Assembly (NCBI GenBank): GCA_951406725.2
Contig: OX597816.1
Location: forward strand, 12,648,001-12,712,000
Direction: 5' to 3'
Source of the DNA: Octopus vulgaris
Taxonomy: Eukaryota
Length of the DNA stretch: 64,000 bases
The translations under genes were made by a program, and so were the position numbers. Position 1 is the first letter of the stretch. Each line of letters starts with the position of its first letter. Positions 40,578-55,903 of this stretch are shown piece by piece. Under the pieces are notes generated by a model, which saw nothing but the letters and a program-made list of their open reading frames with translations, had not been told where the DNA came from and did no database searches.

Positions 40578-40578
<1 letters not shown>
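40433..40578. ncRNA. Inverted pair of minimal hammerheads (U4C core) in a (TA)n-flanked element spanning 40361-40578
   Basis: + strand: ctgt CCGACGA ACG GGAA CGT GAAA CTCAGAG TA acag (40508-40545); mirror copy at 40468-40501. Confidence 0.75.
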
Positions 40579-40670
<92 letters not shown>

Positions 40671-40989
40671 TACAGGTGCAGCTGTGTGGTAGGATGTTTG
40701 CTTCAGACATTGGTTCCAGGTTCAGTCCCACTGCGTGACACACGCGCACACACACTCTCTCTTTCTCTCTCTCCCACACGCAAACACATGTAGACGACGG
40801 GCTACTTTCAGTGTCTGTCTACTACCAAATCCACTCACAAGCGTTTGGTCGGTCCGAGGCTACTGTGGAAGACGCTTGCCCAATGTTCTGCACAGTGGGA
40901 CTGAGCCCTGAACTATTTGGTTGGGAAGCAAGCTTCTTGCCATGCAGTCACGCCTAATACGGTTAACATCAATGCTGAATTATTACGTT

Positions 40990-41800
40990 CACACATACAC
41001 ACACACTCACACATACACTCACATTCACACACACACTCACACAAACGCACTCACACACACACTGACACACACAGACAAGCACACACTCACTCACACATAC
41101 ACTCACACAGACACACTCACACACACACACTCACACACAACACACACACTCCCCCCCACACACACACACAAACACACACACACAAACACACACTCCCATA
41201 CACACACACATTCTTTTTGCTATAAGTACAAAGCCTGAATTTTGCGGAAGGGGATTAATTGTAATTCGTTGACTATTTTATGGGACCCGAAAGGATGAAA
41301 AGCTAAGTCAACGGTGGCGGAATTTGAACTCAGAATGTAGATACGGATATAATGCCTCTAAGCACTTCGTCCGGCCTGGTAAGTATTCTGCTAGCTCGCT
41401 GTCTTAATGATAATATTATGGAATCGTATGTAAGAAACTGTCAATAGAGAGTTACAGCAGCAACAGCAGCAGTAGTAGTAGTTGTAGGAGGAGGAGGAGG
41501 AGAAAGAGGAAACAAATAGATGTAGAAAAGTAAGAAGGCTAAAGTAGGAATAGAAAAAAAGAAGTAGGAGGAGGGGAAGAAGAAGAAGAAGGAGGAGGAG
41601 GAAGAAGAAAAAGAAGAAGAAGGAGGAAGAGTAAGAAGAAAAAGAAGAAGAAAAAGGAAGAAAAAGGAAGAAGAGAAAGAAACAAGAAAAGAAGCGGAAG
41701 ATGTAGAAGAAGAAGAAGAAGAAGAAGAAGAAGAAGAAGAAGAAGAAGAAGAAGAAGAAAAAGAATGTTGATAGTGATGGTGATGGTGATGGTGATGGTT
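40990..41800. repeat. (CA)-rich and (GAA/GGA)n low complexity, with a diverged SINE A at 41215-41405
   Basis: Visible directly. Confidence 0.85.
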
Positions 41801-41822
41801 TAGGCTGTTGAGATGGTGGTGT

Positions 41823-42113
41823 GATTAGCAAATAATTCCTAATAAAATTTAATTTTGATCAGCAATGAATTGGTTTATCTTGAACCACTGTTCCATGATA
41901 ATACAGGTGAAAAATCTATTGTCAAACCCTTTAATGGTTCCAGTTATCAGATTAGCAAATAATTCCTAATAAAATTTAATCTTTGATCACAGATCAATGA
42001 TAAACCATTATTCAACGGAAATTATCTTGAACCACTGTTCCATGATAATACAGGTGAAAAATCTATTGTGAAGAAAGGGCTTAACACTTTAAATGTGGTT
42101 CCAGTTATCAGAT
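41823..42113. repeat. Imperfect tandem duplication (about 127 bp + 164 bp)
   Basis: gattagcaaataattcctaataaaatttaat and cttgaaccactgttccatgataatacaggtgaaaaatctattgt each occur twice. Confidence 0.9.
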
Positions 42114-42505
42114 TTTCAAAGGTAATTAAGACCAACTTTCGTCGTTAGACTCTAACATCCTGAATGTAGATCGCTAATAATGTTATCTCACCAGCAGCCA
42201 TTAGTATAACGCAATTGAAGTTCTACAGGATATATTTAATACATGATGCGCTGGACACGAGATGCTACCGGATTTAGCAATGGGTTGCTACTTAAATATG
42301 TTAACTTACGCTGTATTTGTGAAATATGAACCACCAATGAAAATCTAGTTAAGCATAAAAATTCCTTATCTCTGAATGCAAAAGTTTAAAGTGGCTTTGA
42401 GATTACCTTCTATTCGAATATATTTAGATATCTTTCATTGAATTACAAGAATAAAACTTACTAGCCTGTATTTCTTAATTAATGGTGTTGTGACTGACAT
42501 ATACA

Positions 42506-42712
42506 TATAGGAATGGGTGCTGAAAGGTTCCTGGCTTTGAGTAAAAGAAAATACAGAAGGATCAGTAAATTATGATTTTATCCAACATATTCCCCTCTAA
42601 AATTTACACACTTATTGCAACGGTCCCTCAGTTTTTCTAAGCACTGTAAAAGATGTGGGAAGGTTGGGCCTCCAGCCTCACCTTTCACGATACCCTTAAC
42701 GCCAGGAACTCC
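42506..42712. mobile_element. mariner-type MITE remnant
   Basis: gggtgctgaaaggttcctggc ... gccaggaac inverted ends. Confidence 0.5.
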
Positions 42713-42742
42713 GTCACTGGAACTTCAAAATAACTTCAAAAT

Positions 42743-43165
42743 ATACATACATACATACATACATACACACATACACACATACATACATACATACATACAT
42801 ACATACATACATACACACATACATACATACATACATACATACATACATACATACATACATACATACATACATACACATACATACATACATACATACATAC
42901 ATACATACATACATACATACATACATACATACATACATACATACATACATACATACATACATACATACATACATACATACATACATACATACATACATAC
43001 ATACATACATACATACATACATACATACATACATACATACATACATACATACATACATACATACATACATACATACATACATACATACATACATACATAC
43101 ATACATACATACATACATACATACATACATACATACATACATACATACATACATACATACATACA
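42743..43165. repeat. (ATAC)n array of about 420 bp
   Basis: Visible directly. Confidence 0.97.
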
Positions 43166-43866
43166 TGCATATTTAAAGTTACACGAAGACCAGAGCCGGA
43201 CACCAGTGCATTGTGCCAAAGGTCCCAATACCACCATCAAGATACAGGCCCAGACACCGCAGCAGCTTCGGTTTCAAGGGCCCAATGCTATTCAAAATGA
43301 CTGAAACAAGTGAAAGATTATAAATATGGAAATGAAATTTAAAATCCATCAAAAAGCAAAGCATCACAGTGGAAAAAACGGAAATGTAGTTACATTACCA
43401 AGACTAAAAAATTATCTCACAAACAGTCTCAGAGATGGTGAAATTGTAGCTGTGACCTGAACCATCTGTAAGTAACAATAGAACTTATCTCCCCTTCTTC
43501 AATTGGCTTCCAGTACGAAACGATCGGAAGTTGACAATCATGGATTGCAAATATATCGAGTCTATGTTGTATTTACTTAAATATATCTGTTTTGCTGGTT
43601 TATGTGTGTGTGTGTGTGTGTGTGTATGTGTGCGCGTCTGTTTTTCTGTTTTTCTGTGTGTGTGTGTGTGTGTGTAAGAATGTATGCATAGATGTATGTA
43701 AGTATGAATGAATGCATGTATGTATGTTTATATGGATGTATATGTGCATATGGATATTAATGCATTTATTTGAAATTATATATAGTCTAAATATTCATTG
43801 ATTTTATAAAAGTAGAACATTTAATTTATCTATCTATCTATCGATCTATCTATCTATCTCTATATC

Positions 43867-43906
<40 letters not shown>

Positions 43907-45081
43907 TATGCATGTATATGTATGGAAGCATTTCTATATATGCGTGTGTATGTACATTCATAATTATACCATATATATATATATATATATTTGAATATAT
44001 GACTATATATATATTTATGCATATATGAGAGTGTGTATATATGTATGCATGTACGTATGTATACACTTAAAATAGGTATTTATGCATGCGTTTCATGAAG
44101 GAGATACTCAAAACTATACAGCAATTCAGTATTCATGTACTGGTTATTTTGTGTGTATAAAATTCATATTTATAACATAACTCCTACTTATGGAGCTAAA
44201 TTTATTTCAAGCAACAATATACTGAAAACGAATAGATATTTTTTTCATCTTCCATTGTTCACTATTCTCTGTATTTCAGTACATTTAACGTTATATATGT
44301 GTGCGTACATATATGTTTAGATGTATCAACTCAAGTATATATGCTCATATCCAATTATATATATATATGTACACAATCGTTATTATATATTTGCTTGCGT
44401 GATTTTATATGTAAATATGTATCAGCGTATAATAAAAAATATATATACATGCACACACATATATTTATAGAGAGAAGAAAAGCACTTTTAAACATAGTTA
44501 TGTATACATACATAGATGCATACACACTCATGCATGCCACATATACATGCATATATACATAGAATATATGTGTGTCTGTGTGTGAGTATATATATAAAAG
44601 ATACGGAGGTAAATAATGGATTTATTATGAAGAGGATGAATACTGAAAGGCATTATACATATGAATAATGCTTTGGTGTTACCGATTAACATATATATTT
44701 CCCATTCTTATCACCTGTTATCTAGCCTCCTACACATATTTATACGCATATATACATATGCCGTCATTGACTTCCTGTATATCAATGTAAATAGACTTGT
44801 GCGTAGGTGTATAAGTACACGCGCGCGGTGTCACACACACATACGCCCACGCACACATGTATATTCACACGAATATATAAATATATAGTTTACGTTTTTG
44901 TCAAGGTAAGCTCAACAGGTGTGTTATACAAAACCTTCCTAGATCACGTCTCCAACATATGAAACTATTGTTAGTTCATAAATACATTAAACGATGTGTG
45001 TGTGTGTGCGTGTGTGTTTGTGTGTTCATGCTCGTGCTTGTGTGTACGTGTGAGTATGTGCATGTATGTATTAAATTTGTA

Positions 45082-45277
45082 TTACTGGGTTGTCCGGAAA
45101 GTTCGTGCCGATTTATAGTAGCTTACCTTTCGACTATTTTAGAACATGGCTGAGTCCATAAAATAGGATTTGACTACACCTCCATTTAAAGCACAGTTTA
45201 AGTTATCTGTTCGTGGAATAAGATCTAGGTTCCTATAACCTGTGTTAATTCTCTAACCCTTTAAAATGGAAGAAAAG
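45082..45277 (+). mobile_element. mariner-like 5' end (TIR, UTR and start codon)
   Basis: tactgggttgtccggaaagttc terminus followed by tttaaaATGGAAG. Confidence 0.5.
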
Positions 45278-45404
45278 ACATCCATTATGCTAGAAGAAGA
45301 TCCGCTATGGTCTTACCGCTAAGAAAGGATTGTTCTCAAGAAAATTTTGCAAATGCCCGAACGTAAGCGAGTAAGACAAATGAAAATATATAAAATATAG
45401 ATTA

Positions 45405-45476
45405 ATCACAAACTAGGTTTCGTTGTTAATGCTTACGTAATCATTTATGTAATTATCTGCAACTCGTCAGTGTGAT
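45405..45476 (-). ncRNA. Type I hammerhead ribozyme with canonical core
   Basis: atcaca CTGACGA GTTG...CAAC GAAA C CTA G TT tgtgat; all core bases and all three stems present. Confidence 0.8.
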
Positions 45477-45794
45477 CGTCTTTGCAAATATAATTTGGAG
45501 AACCATACATGAGACGTTCGTATGAGATGGAATATGTATACAGTTCTACCAATTACAATTGGGGTCACTTTTCAAAAGCTTTCGTTTTGGCGCGCCAAAC
45601 TACCGGAAATATTTCTGCAGAAAATAATTCTCAGCAGTGAATTTTGCCGGTTAGAGAACATAGTTATTTAAATTTAAAATAATAAGAGTGAAAAATTGAA
45701 TATTAATTTGATTAATATCAATTTAAAACCAGTGGCCTAGCATATTTAAAAATCTGAAGTTTCAGAAAAAATTATATTATATACATATAAACGG

Positions 45795-46185
45795 GATGAC
45801 GTGTTTCAGTTCTCTCTACCAAATCCACTCACATGGTTTTGGTCGGCCCGAGGTTATAGTAGCAGGCATTTGGCCAAGGTACCACGCAGTGGAACTGAAC
45901 CCAGAACCATGAAAGTGGCTACTTACCACACAGCCACTCCTATGCCTATATGTATATTCATATGTATAAGGCGGCGAGCTGGCAGAATCGTTAGCACGCC
46001 GGGCGAAATGCTTTGCGGTATTTCGTCCGCCGCTGCGTTCTGAGTTCAAGTTCCGCCGAGGTCGACTTTGCCTTTCATCCTTTCGAGGTCGATAAATTAA
46101 GTACCAGTTACACACTGGGGTCGTTGTAATCGACTTAATTCGTTTGTCCCCTCTACATTTAGCCCCTTGTGGGTAATAAGATAAC
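45795..46185. mobile_element. SINE B 5' half (- strand, 45795-45948) and SINE A (+ strand, 45968-46185)
   Basis: Family consensus for both. Confidence 0.85.
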
Positions 46186-46903
46186 ATTTATGTATATTCA
46201 TATATATGGTCCGTTCTTGGGTGAGAAGAAGCTAAACACACCGACAATAACATTGCCTCTCATCCGCGGGTAGAATGTGCTTACTGAATTTTATTTATTG
46301 TTTTTTAATTATTTCTACATCTTCATATCTTCAATGCTTATTTTCTAGTTTGTTGTGTTATCATTTGCCACGGGTTTTATTCACAACCATCGATTAACTT
46401 TTGTCTGACGTAAGGTTATTTTCTATGTAGATTTTGTTGTTAGTTTAATTTGTGTGTGTGTTTTTTTTTTTCCTGTTTATGTTCTTATGGAGAAGATACG
46501 AATAGGGACTTAATACTGTTACAGATTTTAGCACTTAAATGAAAACAGAATGAATAAACGGCTAGACATGAAGAGAGTATAAAAAAATTTCGAAATAGTG
46601 CTAGCTGATTTCCTGCTGTTGTCTAAGTAATGCTAACTTGATTTTTAACCCAAAGCAATCTTCGCAGCAAGTCTACGTGTATTTATATATCTATAAGTAA
46701 CATCAAGATATCTATTCAAGAAGAAAATAAATTCAAGATGAAATTCAATTGCTCAAAGGAATATGTAATATCAGATGTGTGTTAGTATTTTTGAGTTGAA
46801 ATGTAATTATTTAGATAATCATATTTATTTTCCAAGAAGTAAAACACTTAACCAAAGACAGCAAAATCTATCTGTCTATGTAGACACACACACACACACA
46901 CAT

Positions 46904-46946
<43 letters not shown>

Positions 46947-47052
46947 CATATATATACAGACATATATATATATATATATAAATGTGCATATATATATGTA
47001 TATATATATATATGTATATATATATATGTATATATATGTATATATATGTGTA

Positions 47053-47084
<32 letters not shown>

Positions 47085-48004
47085 ATGCGACAAGGTAAAG
47101 AAGTATTGTTACATAAGTATCACAAAGCGAAACAAACCGCTAAGACATCGAAGTTAATGATAAGAAAATTTCATTCATAATTGATATTTGTTACATTATT
47201 ATATGGGATTGATTTGTATATATTTGCCTGCTATTATCTGAATATAATGAAAATTTATAAAGAAATCTGAACTAAAAACAAATTACGGAACAACAATTTG
47301 ATATCATTACGTAGTAAACACGATTATATCAAAGTCTACAGCAATGCAATACACTTCCTTTTTTTTTCTCTGTATTTTCTGTCTGTAATTTCTTATTCTG
47401 TAGTATCAGAATATTTGCTTGTTTGTATTAACTTTAATAATAGTTTAACAGACTTTGGTAACTGTAATCTATTATTTCAGGGTGGGAAATTGAAAATCTA
47501 ATAGAGTATAGAGATCTATTGTTACAACTATTATTTAGAAGCGAAAGCTTCATTTTGAATCTCATTGGTCCAAAGGAATACTTGTAAGTTTATTAATCTA
47601 TTTGATAAACCAAATGATCGCATTTTAAATTATAATATTTAAACGCAAAGGAATAAATAAACAGAAAGCAAAAAAGAAAAAAGAAGGAGCGAGCAGCAGA
47701 AGATAGAGGATCACACACTCCAGAACAAATAGAAGGATCACCAGCACCCTGCACTTATGACCGCAATGGCCTTGCCGCGGAGAATAGACAGCGACACTCA
47801 CTGCAGTAGTCGAACCACAACGCTTGTGCTAATATCTGAGACGGGTCTCGGTTACCCCGATTTTACGGAGGAAATCAGTAGTACAGGGTTCGAGAACACC
47901 TGAGAATCTGCAGAAATAACCTTATCAAGTGATGTAAAACGAACTGCTAACACAGTAGAACATAGTATTGACTTATAAAGGGTTCAATTTAATTTATAGT
48001 ATAA

Positions 48005-48955
48005 TTTTAGACATCATGTTAATTTATTTATTTACTTATTTACTAAGTTATTTGTTAACTTATTTACTAAACTGATAATTACAATAAAATACATACATAT
48101 AACATATTATGCTTTACATACAAGATATAAAATATAGTAATATGTAAGGATACCAATAATTATTATAAATAACGAACATGAATATATATTGGGAATTTAA
48201 CTTACAGCTGTTTCAGCCAAGAGATAAAAATACCTCATTCTACCTTTATAACTCAAGTGGAATGAAGTAATATGTTGATGAAAATGAGGTGTTTATTTTA
48301 TATTTATATTTATATTTATTTATAACATAACATTACGTACTTTATAATCTCTGACGAGATTATGTTCACTTATTTATTTACTAAACTGATAATTACACTA
48401 ATATACATACATGTATAACATATTATGCTTTACATATAAGATATAGAATATAGTAATATATAAGGATACCAATAATTATTATAAATAACATACATGAATA
48501 TAAATTGGGAAAATAACTTACAGCTGTTTCAGCAAAGAGATAAAAATGCCTCATTCTACCTTTATTATTCAAGTGGAGTGAAATAATAGGTAGATGAAAA
48601 TGAGGTACTTGGATATATCTCTAGGCTTCGTCAGAGATTATAAAGTACATAATGTTATGTTATAAATAAATATAAATATAAATATAAAATAAACACCTCA
48701 TTTTCACTACCTATTACTTCATTCCACTTGAGTTATAAAGGTAGAATGAGGTATTTTTACCTCTTGGCTGAAACAGCTGTAAGTTAAATTCCCAATATAT
48801 ATTCATGTTCGTTATTTATAATAATTATTGGTATCCTTACATATTACTATATTTTATATCTTGTATGTAAAGCATAATATGTTATATGTATGTATGTATA
48901 TTATTGTAATTATCAGTTTAGTAAATAAATAAATAAGTTAACATAATGTCTAAAA
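48005..48955. mobile_element. Fold-back element of about 950 bp: arms of about 330-350 bp around a third partial copy (Penelope pLTR-like)
   Basis: 48005-48358 is the reverse complement of 48628-48955; 48360-48606 repeats the first arm directly. Confidence 0.85.
48513..48641 (-). ncRNA. Hammerhead ribozyme with long stem II
   Basis: ataatct CTGACGA agcctagagata...tatctctttgct GAAA CAGCTG TA agttat. Confidence 0.7.
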
Positions 48956-49174
48956 GTTGATGAACCACCTATTGCCCCCTCCATTTTTTTATTGCGTTAT
49001 AAATTAATGGTAAAATATCTCTTTACCTTCACCCATTTAGCACACTAGGTAATGTAATTGCAATGCAATAAAAAACACTGGTGCATTAATATTTGGGTAT
49101 TCTACCAGCAGTATATTGGATAGATATTATCCCTTAGTGGGTTGGATTCACAACCTCTAACTTTCTTGGAGTTA

Positions 49175-49277
<103 letters not shown>

Positions 49278-49788
49278 AATATAGAGAGATAGAGAGAGAG
49301 ATGTATATAAGGATAGGGTGCGAGTGAGTGTTTGTGTGTATATGTATGTGCATGTGAGTGTGCTCGTATAAACATAATAGAAACACGTACATAAACACAC
49401 ACATACATACATACATGTGCGTATGTGTGTTTAAGAAATTTTGCGTTTTTGTGTACCAGATCAAATAACAAATTTTATTTCTTATTATGAACACTATTTT
49501 GGGGAATAACAAGGATTTTGTGCGGAATAAATACACAAAACGGCTTCTTGCAATATCAACAGATCTACACTTGACATTTATTACAATAGAATTTCTTAAT
49601 ATTTATCCTTGATCAATCGCCTCCTAATTCGAATGTGTTTAATGTTGCCTTTGGCATCTGCGAAATTAATGCGAATCGATCGTCATCAAGACATTAAACA
49701 CTAGATGAGTGGGTCACATATTTACCTGGCTGATTAGCGTCATTAATGTTTTCAAAGCTTATCCTGCAGTTCCTGTGTAAATAGACAC

Positions 49789-49839
<51 letters not shown>

Positions 49840-50009
49840 TGTGTGTGTGTGTGTGTGTGTGTGTAGTATTTCGTTTTGATCGACTTACTCCCTGACTCAG
49901 TAACAAGGGACTGACTCGAGCACTTTACGGTAATTGCTTAGTTTTACTCGAGTCTATTTCGTTAGTATAGTTACCGCCCTTTGATAATCAGGTTAGTATT
50001 TTCTTTATA

Positions 50010-50248
50010 TTCTTTTTACTCTTTTACTTGTTTCAGCCATTTGACTGCGGCCATGCTGGAGCACCGCCTTTAGTCGAGCAAATCGACCCCATGACTTATT
50101 CTTTGTAACCCTAGTACTTATTCTATCGGTCTCTTTTGCCGAACCGCTAAGTTACGAGAACGTAAACACACCAGCATCGGCTGTCAAGCGATGTAGGTGT
50201 GTGTGTTTGTGGGGGGTTAAACACAGACACACAAACATACACACACAC

Positions 50249-50325
<77 letters not shown>

Positions 50326-50460
50326 CATACGACGGGCTTCTTTCAGTTTCCGTCTACCAAACCCACTCACAAGGCTTTGGTCGGCCCGAGAATATACTAG
50401 AAGACATTTGCCCAAGGTGCCACGCAGTGGGACTCGACCTGGAGCCATGTAGTATATGTA

Positions 50461-50516
<56 letters not shown>

Positions 50517-50790
50517 TGTGTGTGTGTGTGTGTTTGTGTTTATGTGTTTGTCCCCAACATCGCTTGAGAACCGATGCAGGTGTGTTTGTGTCCCCGTAAC
50601 TTAGCGGAAGAATAAGTACTAAGTTTAAGTTTACAAAGAATAAGTTTCCACCTTCTAAATTCTACACGGCCTTGGTCGATCTGTCGCTATATTAGAAGGC
50701 ACACGTCCCATGTGCCGCACAATGGGACTGAATTGAACCCCGAATCTTCCTGGCTGCAAATCGAGATTCGTAACCCCACAGCCACGCCTT
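50010..50790. mobile_element. SINE B (- strand, 50010-50450) plus SINE B fragments in both orientations
   Basis: Family consensus. Confidence 0.85.
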
Positions 50791-51404
50791 CGTCCATGGG
50801 AAAAAAATCTAAACCTCTTTCATTCTGTACCACTGACACATTTTAGATATCAATGCGCCATACTTTGAAAAAGCTTATTACATACAAAAGACAGTGTACT
50901 TTACAGGATATATATCTTAAATTAAAAATGGAAGTCAAAAACCGCCAAGAAGAAGGAGACAAATAAAACAAAGATGGTTTTGAGGAGAAATAAATAGAAA
51001 ACACAAGCTGTAGGTTGACAGATTTTACAATTACTCTTTGCTTAGTAATAGAAATTAAACTATCAATTTGAAAGTGTTTTGTATTCGGAAAACAGCAAGA
51101 AGCCAATTAAATTTAGTGTTGAAATAACCTATTGTGTTAGATAAATGAAAATGGCTGACAAGTCAGGTTAAGGTTAATATAATGGGTTCAGCGAGTCACT
51201 GATGTTTGTGCCTAAATCTAGAAGGTTGATTTAGACTTGAGATTCATATGTAAAATGTGTAATAAGAACGTTCAGAGAAATAAATGACATGTTGAAAATA
51301 GCAAGAGGTATGAACTGTGACAAGACAATCTTTTCATAATCCTCGGATGTAGAGCGGACGTTGGAGTGGTTTTTGTTGTTTTTACCGGCAATATTTGACA
51401 AAGG

Positions 51405-52805
<1,401 letters not shown>

Positions 52806-53519
52806 AATAAAAGTAACGTATGTATCCCAAAACTGTAAACTACATTAGTACTGAAATTTAGAACTATTTTACTCAATTTACTCATTAATGGGAACAAGTG
52901 ACGTCCATCCCAATCGTTTTAAGATTATTCTCAGCAAAATATTGAAATAAATGTCTCTAGCTTTTGTAAACTCTTCCTTCTGTTTGCAATTTGTTAGTTT
53001 TAAAGGAAATTCTTTCTCGTTTTCCTCATCAATTGGTAGCGAGCAATTCGGAGTAATATTTTTCACTGAGTAACATTTGAGGTAATAAATGCTATTTCTA
53101 ATTTCCTGTTTAGATGGTTGTTATTGACAACAGAGAAATATAAAAAACCAAACTAGGCATTGCTACAAATGGACAATTCTTTTATGGAAACTGGTTTTGC
53201 TAAATTTGTGCTTTAGTAAAACAACCCCTCTTCAGGACATGAGAAGACGAAAGCAAGCAAGCAAGGAAGAAAGAGTTAAAGTTTGTACAATGATTGAATT
53301 TTGTATAATTTTAACTAGGAAGAGTAAACGTTCGATAGAGCAGGAAGTGGGAAGAGAACATTCAACGCTGAAAATAAAAGTCAAACAGCGTTTCAACTTT
53401 GTGTAAGTATGTGTGTATGTACAAAGGAAGTATGTGTACAAGAGAAGTATGTGTACAAGGAAAGTATATTTGTATGTATGATTATTATGTACCTTATTTT
53501 TATATAAAATACTACAATA

Positions 53520-54455
53520 AGTCGACCTCGGCGGAATTTGAAATCAGAACAGAAAGACAGACAAAATACTGCTAAGCATTTCGTCCGGCGTGCTAACGTT
53601 TCTTATTTCTTTATTGCCTACATAGAGGGGACAAACAGGACAGACAAACGGATTAAGTCAATTACTGGTACTTAATTTAATGCGTAACTGGTACTTAATT
53701 TAATGACTCCGAAAGCGTGAAAAGCAAAGTCGACCGCGGTGGAATTTGAACTCAGAACGTAAAGACAAACGAAATACTGCATTTTGCCCGGCGTGCTAAC
53801 ATTTTTGCCATCTCGTCGCATTATGATTGAAGATATTATATTGGTAACAGTCTTGTTTCAGTATATAACGTTGTAGGCGGCGAGCTGGCAGAATCGTTAG
53901 GACGCCGGGCGAAATCCTTAGTGGTATTTCGTCTGTCTTTACATTCTGAGTTCAAATTCCGCCGAGGTCGACTTTGCCTTTCATCCTTTCGGGGTCGATT
54001 AAATAAGTACCAGTTACGCACATAGGTCGATATAATCGACTTTATCCGTTTGTCTGTCCTTGTTTGTCCTCTCTGTGTTTAGCCCCTTGTGGGTAGTAAA
54101 GAAATAGGTATTTCGTCTGCCATTACGTTGCGAGTTCAAATTCCGCCGAGGTCGACTTTACTTTTCATCCTTTCGGGGGTCGATAAATTAAGTACCAATC
54201 ACACACTGGGGTCGATTTAATCGACCTAATTCGTTTGTCTGTCCTTGTTTGTCCCTTCTGTGTTTATCCCCATGTGGGTAGTAAAGAAATATGTATTTCG
54301 TCTGCCGCTACGTTCTGAGTTGAAATTCTGCCGAGGTTGACTTTGCGTTTCATCCTTTCGGATTCGATTAAATAAGTACCAGTTGCGTACTGGGGTCGAT
54401 ATAATCGACTGGCCTCTCCCCCCCAAATTTCGGGCCCTGTGCCTAGAGTAGCAAA
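53520..54455. mobile_element. SINE A compound copies: - strand 53520-53822 and a + strand trimer at 53875-54455
   Basis: head-core-tail1-core-tail1-core-tail2 arrangement. Confidence 0.9.
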
Positions 54456-55141
54456 GTATCTAACTTTATATTCTCATTTACCTAACATAGCGGTAAAATG
54501 CGTGAAAGTGAGTTTGTTTCTGTTTCTAACGAATTGATCAACCATACGAAGCTCTTATTAGTGCATAGATTTATTTTTTGGGGTGTGTTTGTGGGTGGGT
54601 GAATGACTTCAGGCAACGGAGAATTACTGAAGTTAATTTTTGGAATACGGATATAATTAACGAGAATTTTAGCCTGATCAATAGTAACTTCCTTCCTGAT
54701 ATTTCATATGGCACGTAGAGCAGAACAGAAATCACTCCCCAGTTAGTTGACATGTATTTAACTAATATAATACAAAGACTTGTTTGTCTCCTGAGAGATA
54801 GGTGTATTTGTACCGTTAAGATGGATGGTTTCGCTAATGAATTAGCGGTGGTCGGTAGGTGGAAAAAGCTATGATTTATGATTCATTGCTGTTTAATTTG
54901 AAGCAGTGATCATTCAACCGGTTGTTGCTATTGCTTATATTGTCTGGCAGATCTATTTTAAGTGTCCATCAGAGAAGAAAAGGTATGGCGCGACTACAGA
55001 GCTTAATGATCGTGTGCATAATAATGTACATCAAAACCAAAGATGTCAAGTTAAGTTAAGAGATGAAGAATGAGTAAAATTGAGACGACCAAGTACTCAG
55101 TATTGAACTACTAGACATGGTGTATATAATATATATATATG

Positions 55142-55522
55142 TGGAGGCGCAAAGGACTAGTGGTTAGGGCAGCGGGCTCACTGTCATAGGATCGCGGTTT
55201 CGATTCCCCGACCGGGCGTTGTGAGTGCTTATTGAGCGAAAATACCTAAAGCTCCACAGGGCTCCGGCAAGAGGTGGTGGCGAACCCTGCTGTACTCTTT
55301 CACTAAAGCCTTCTCTCATTCTTTCTTCCTGTTTCTGTTGTACCTGTATTTCAAAGGGGGCCATCCTTGTCACACTCTGTGTCACGCTGAATCTCTCCGA
55401 GAACTATGTAAAGGTACACGTGTCTGTGGAGTGCTCAGCCACTTGCATATTAATTTCACGAGCAGACTGTTCCGTTGATCAGATCAAGTGGAAGGCTCGT
55501 CGTGGTAACCGATGGAGTGCCA
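55142..55522 (+). mobile_element. SINE family E followed by (ATAC)n
   Basis: tRNA-like head with A/B-box-like motifs (tagtggttaggg, ggtttcgattccc); tail shared with 12975-13141. Confidence 0.8.
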
Positions 55523-55903
55523 CGAATGCACACACACATATAAACATACATACATACATACATACATACATACATACATACATACATACATACATACATA
55601 CATACATACATACATACATACATACATACGGGAAATGAATGAAATGCCTGGTCTGTGTCTTGCTGTTGTTACCCTCTCCTAAAATAATGGGGAATAGTCT
55701 TGAGTATATATAATTATTTTTATATGAAACATTTTTATAAACCGTATATATTTTGTCTGAGACAATTACTCTCGTGTAGTTCTGTAGCTTTGCCATATTT
55801 ATCTAACCCCATACTTATTTTAATAGGTTGCTTGAATTTATGCAAAAAAATTAGTAGTAAGAACATGGTCCTTTGCAAATATTTTGAAAAGTTATTCATA
55901 CTT

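Noticed and set aside
42615-43304. 229-aa ORF
   Set aside because: Read-through of (ATAC)n
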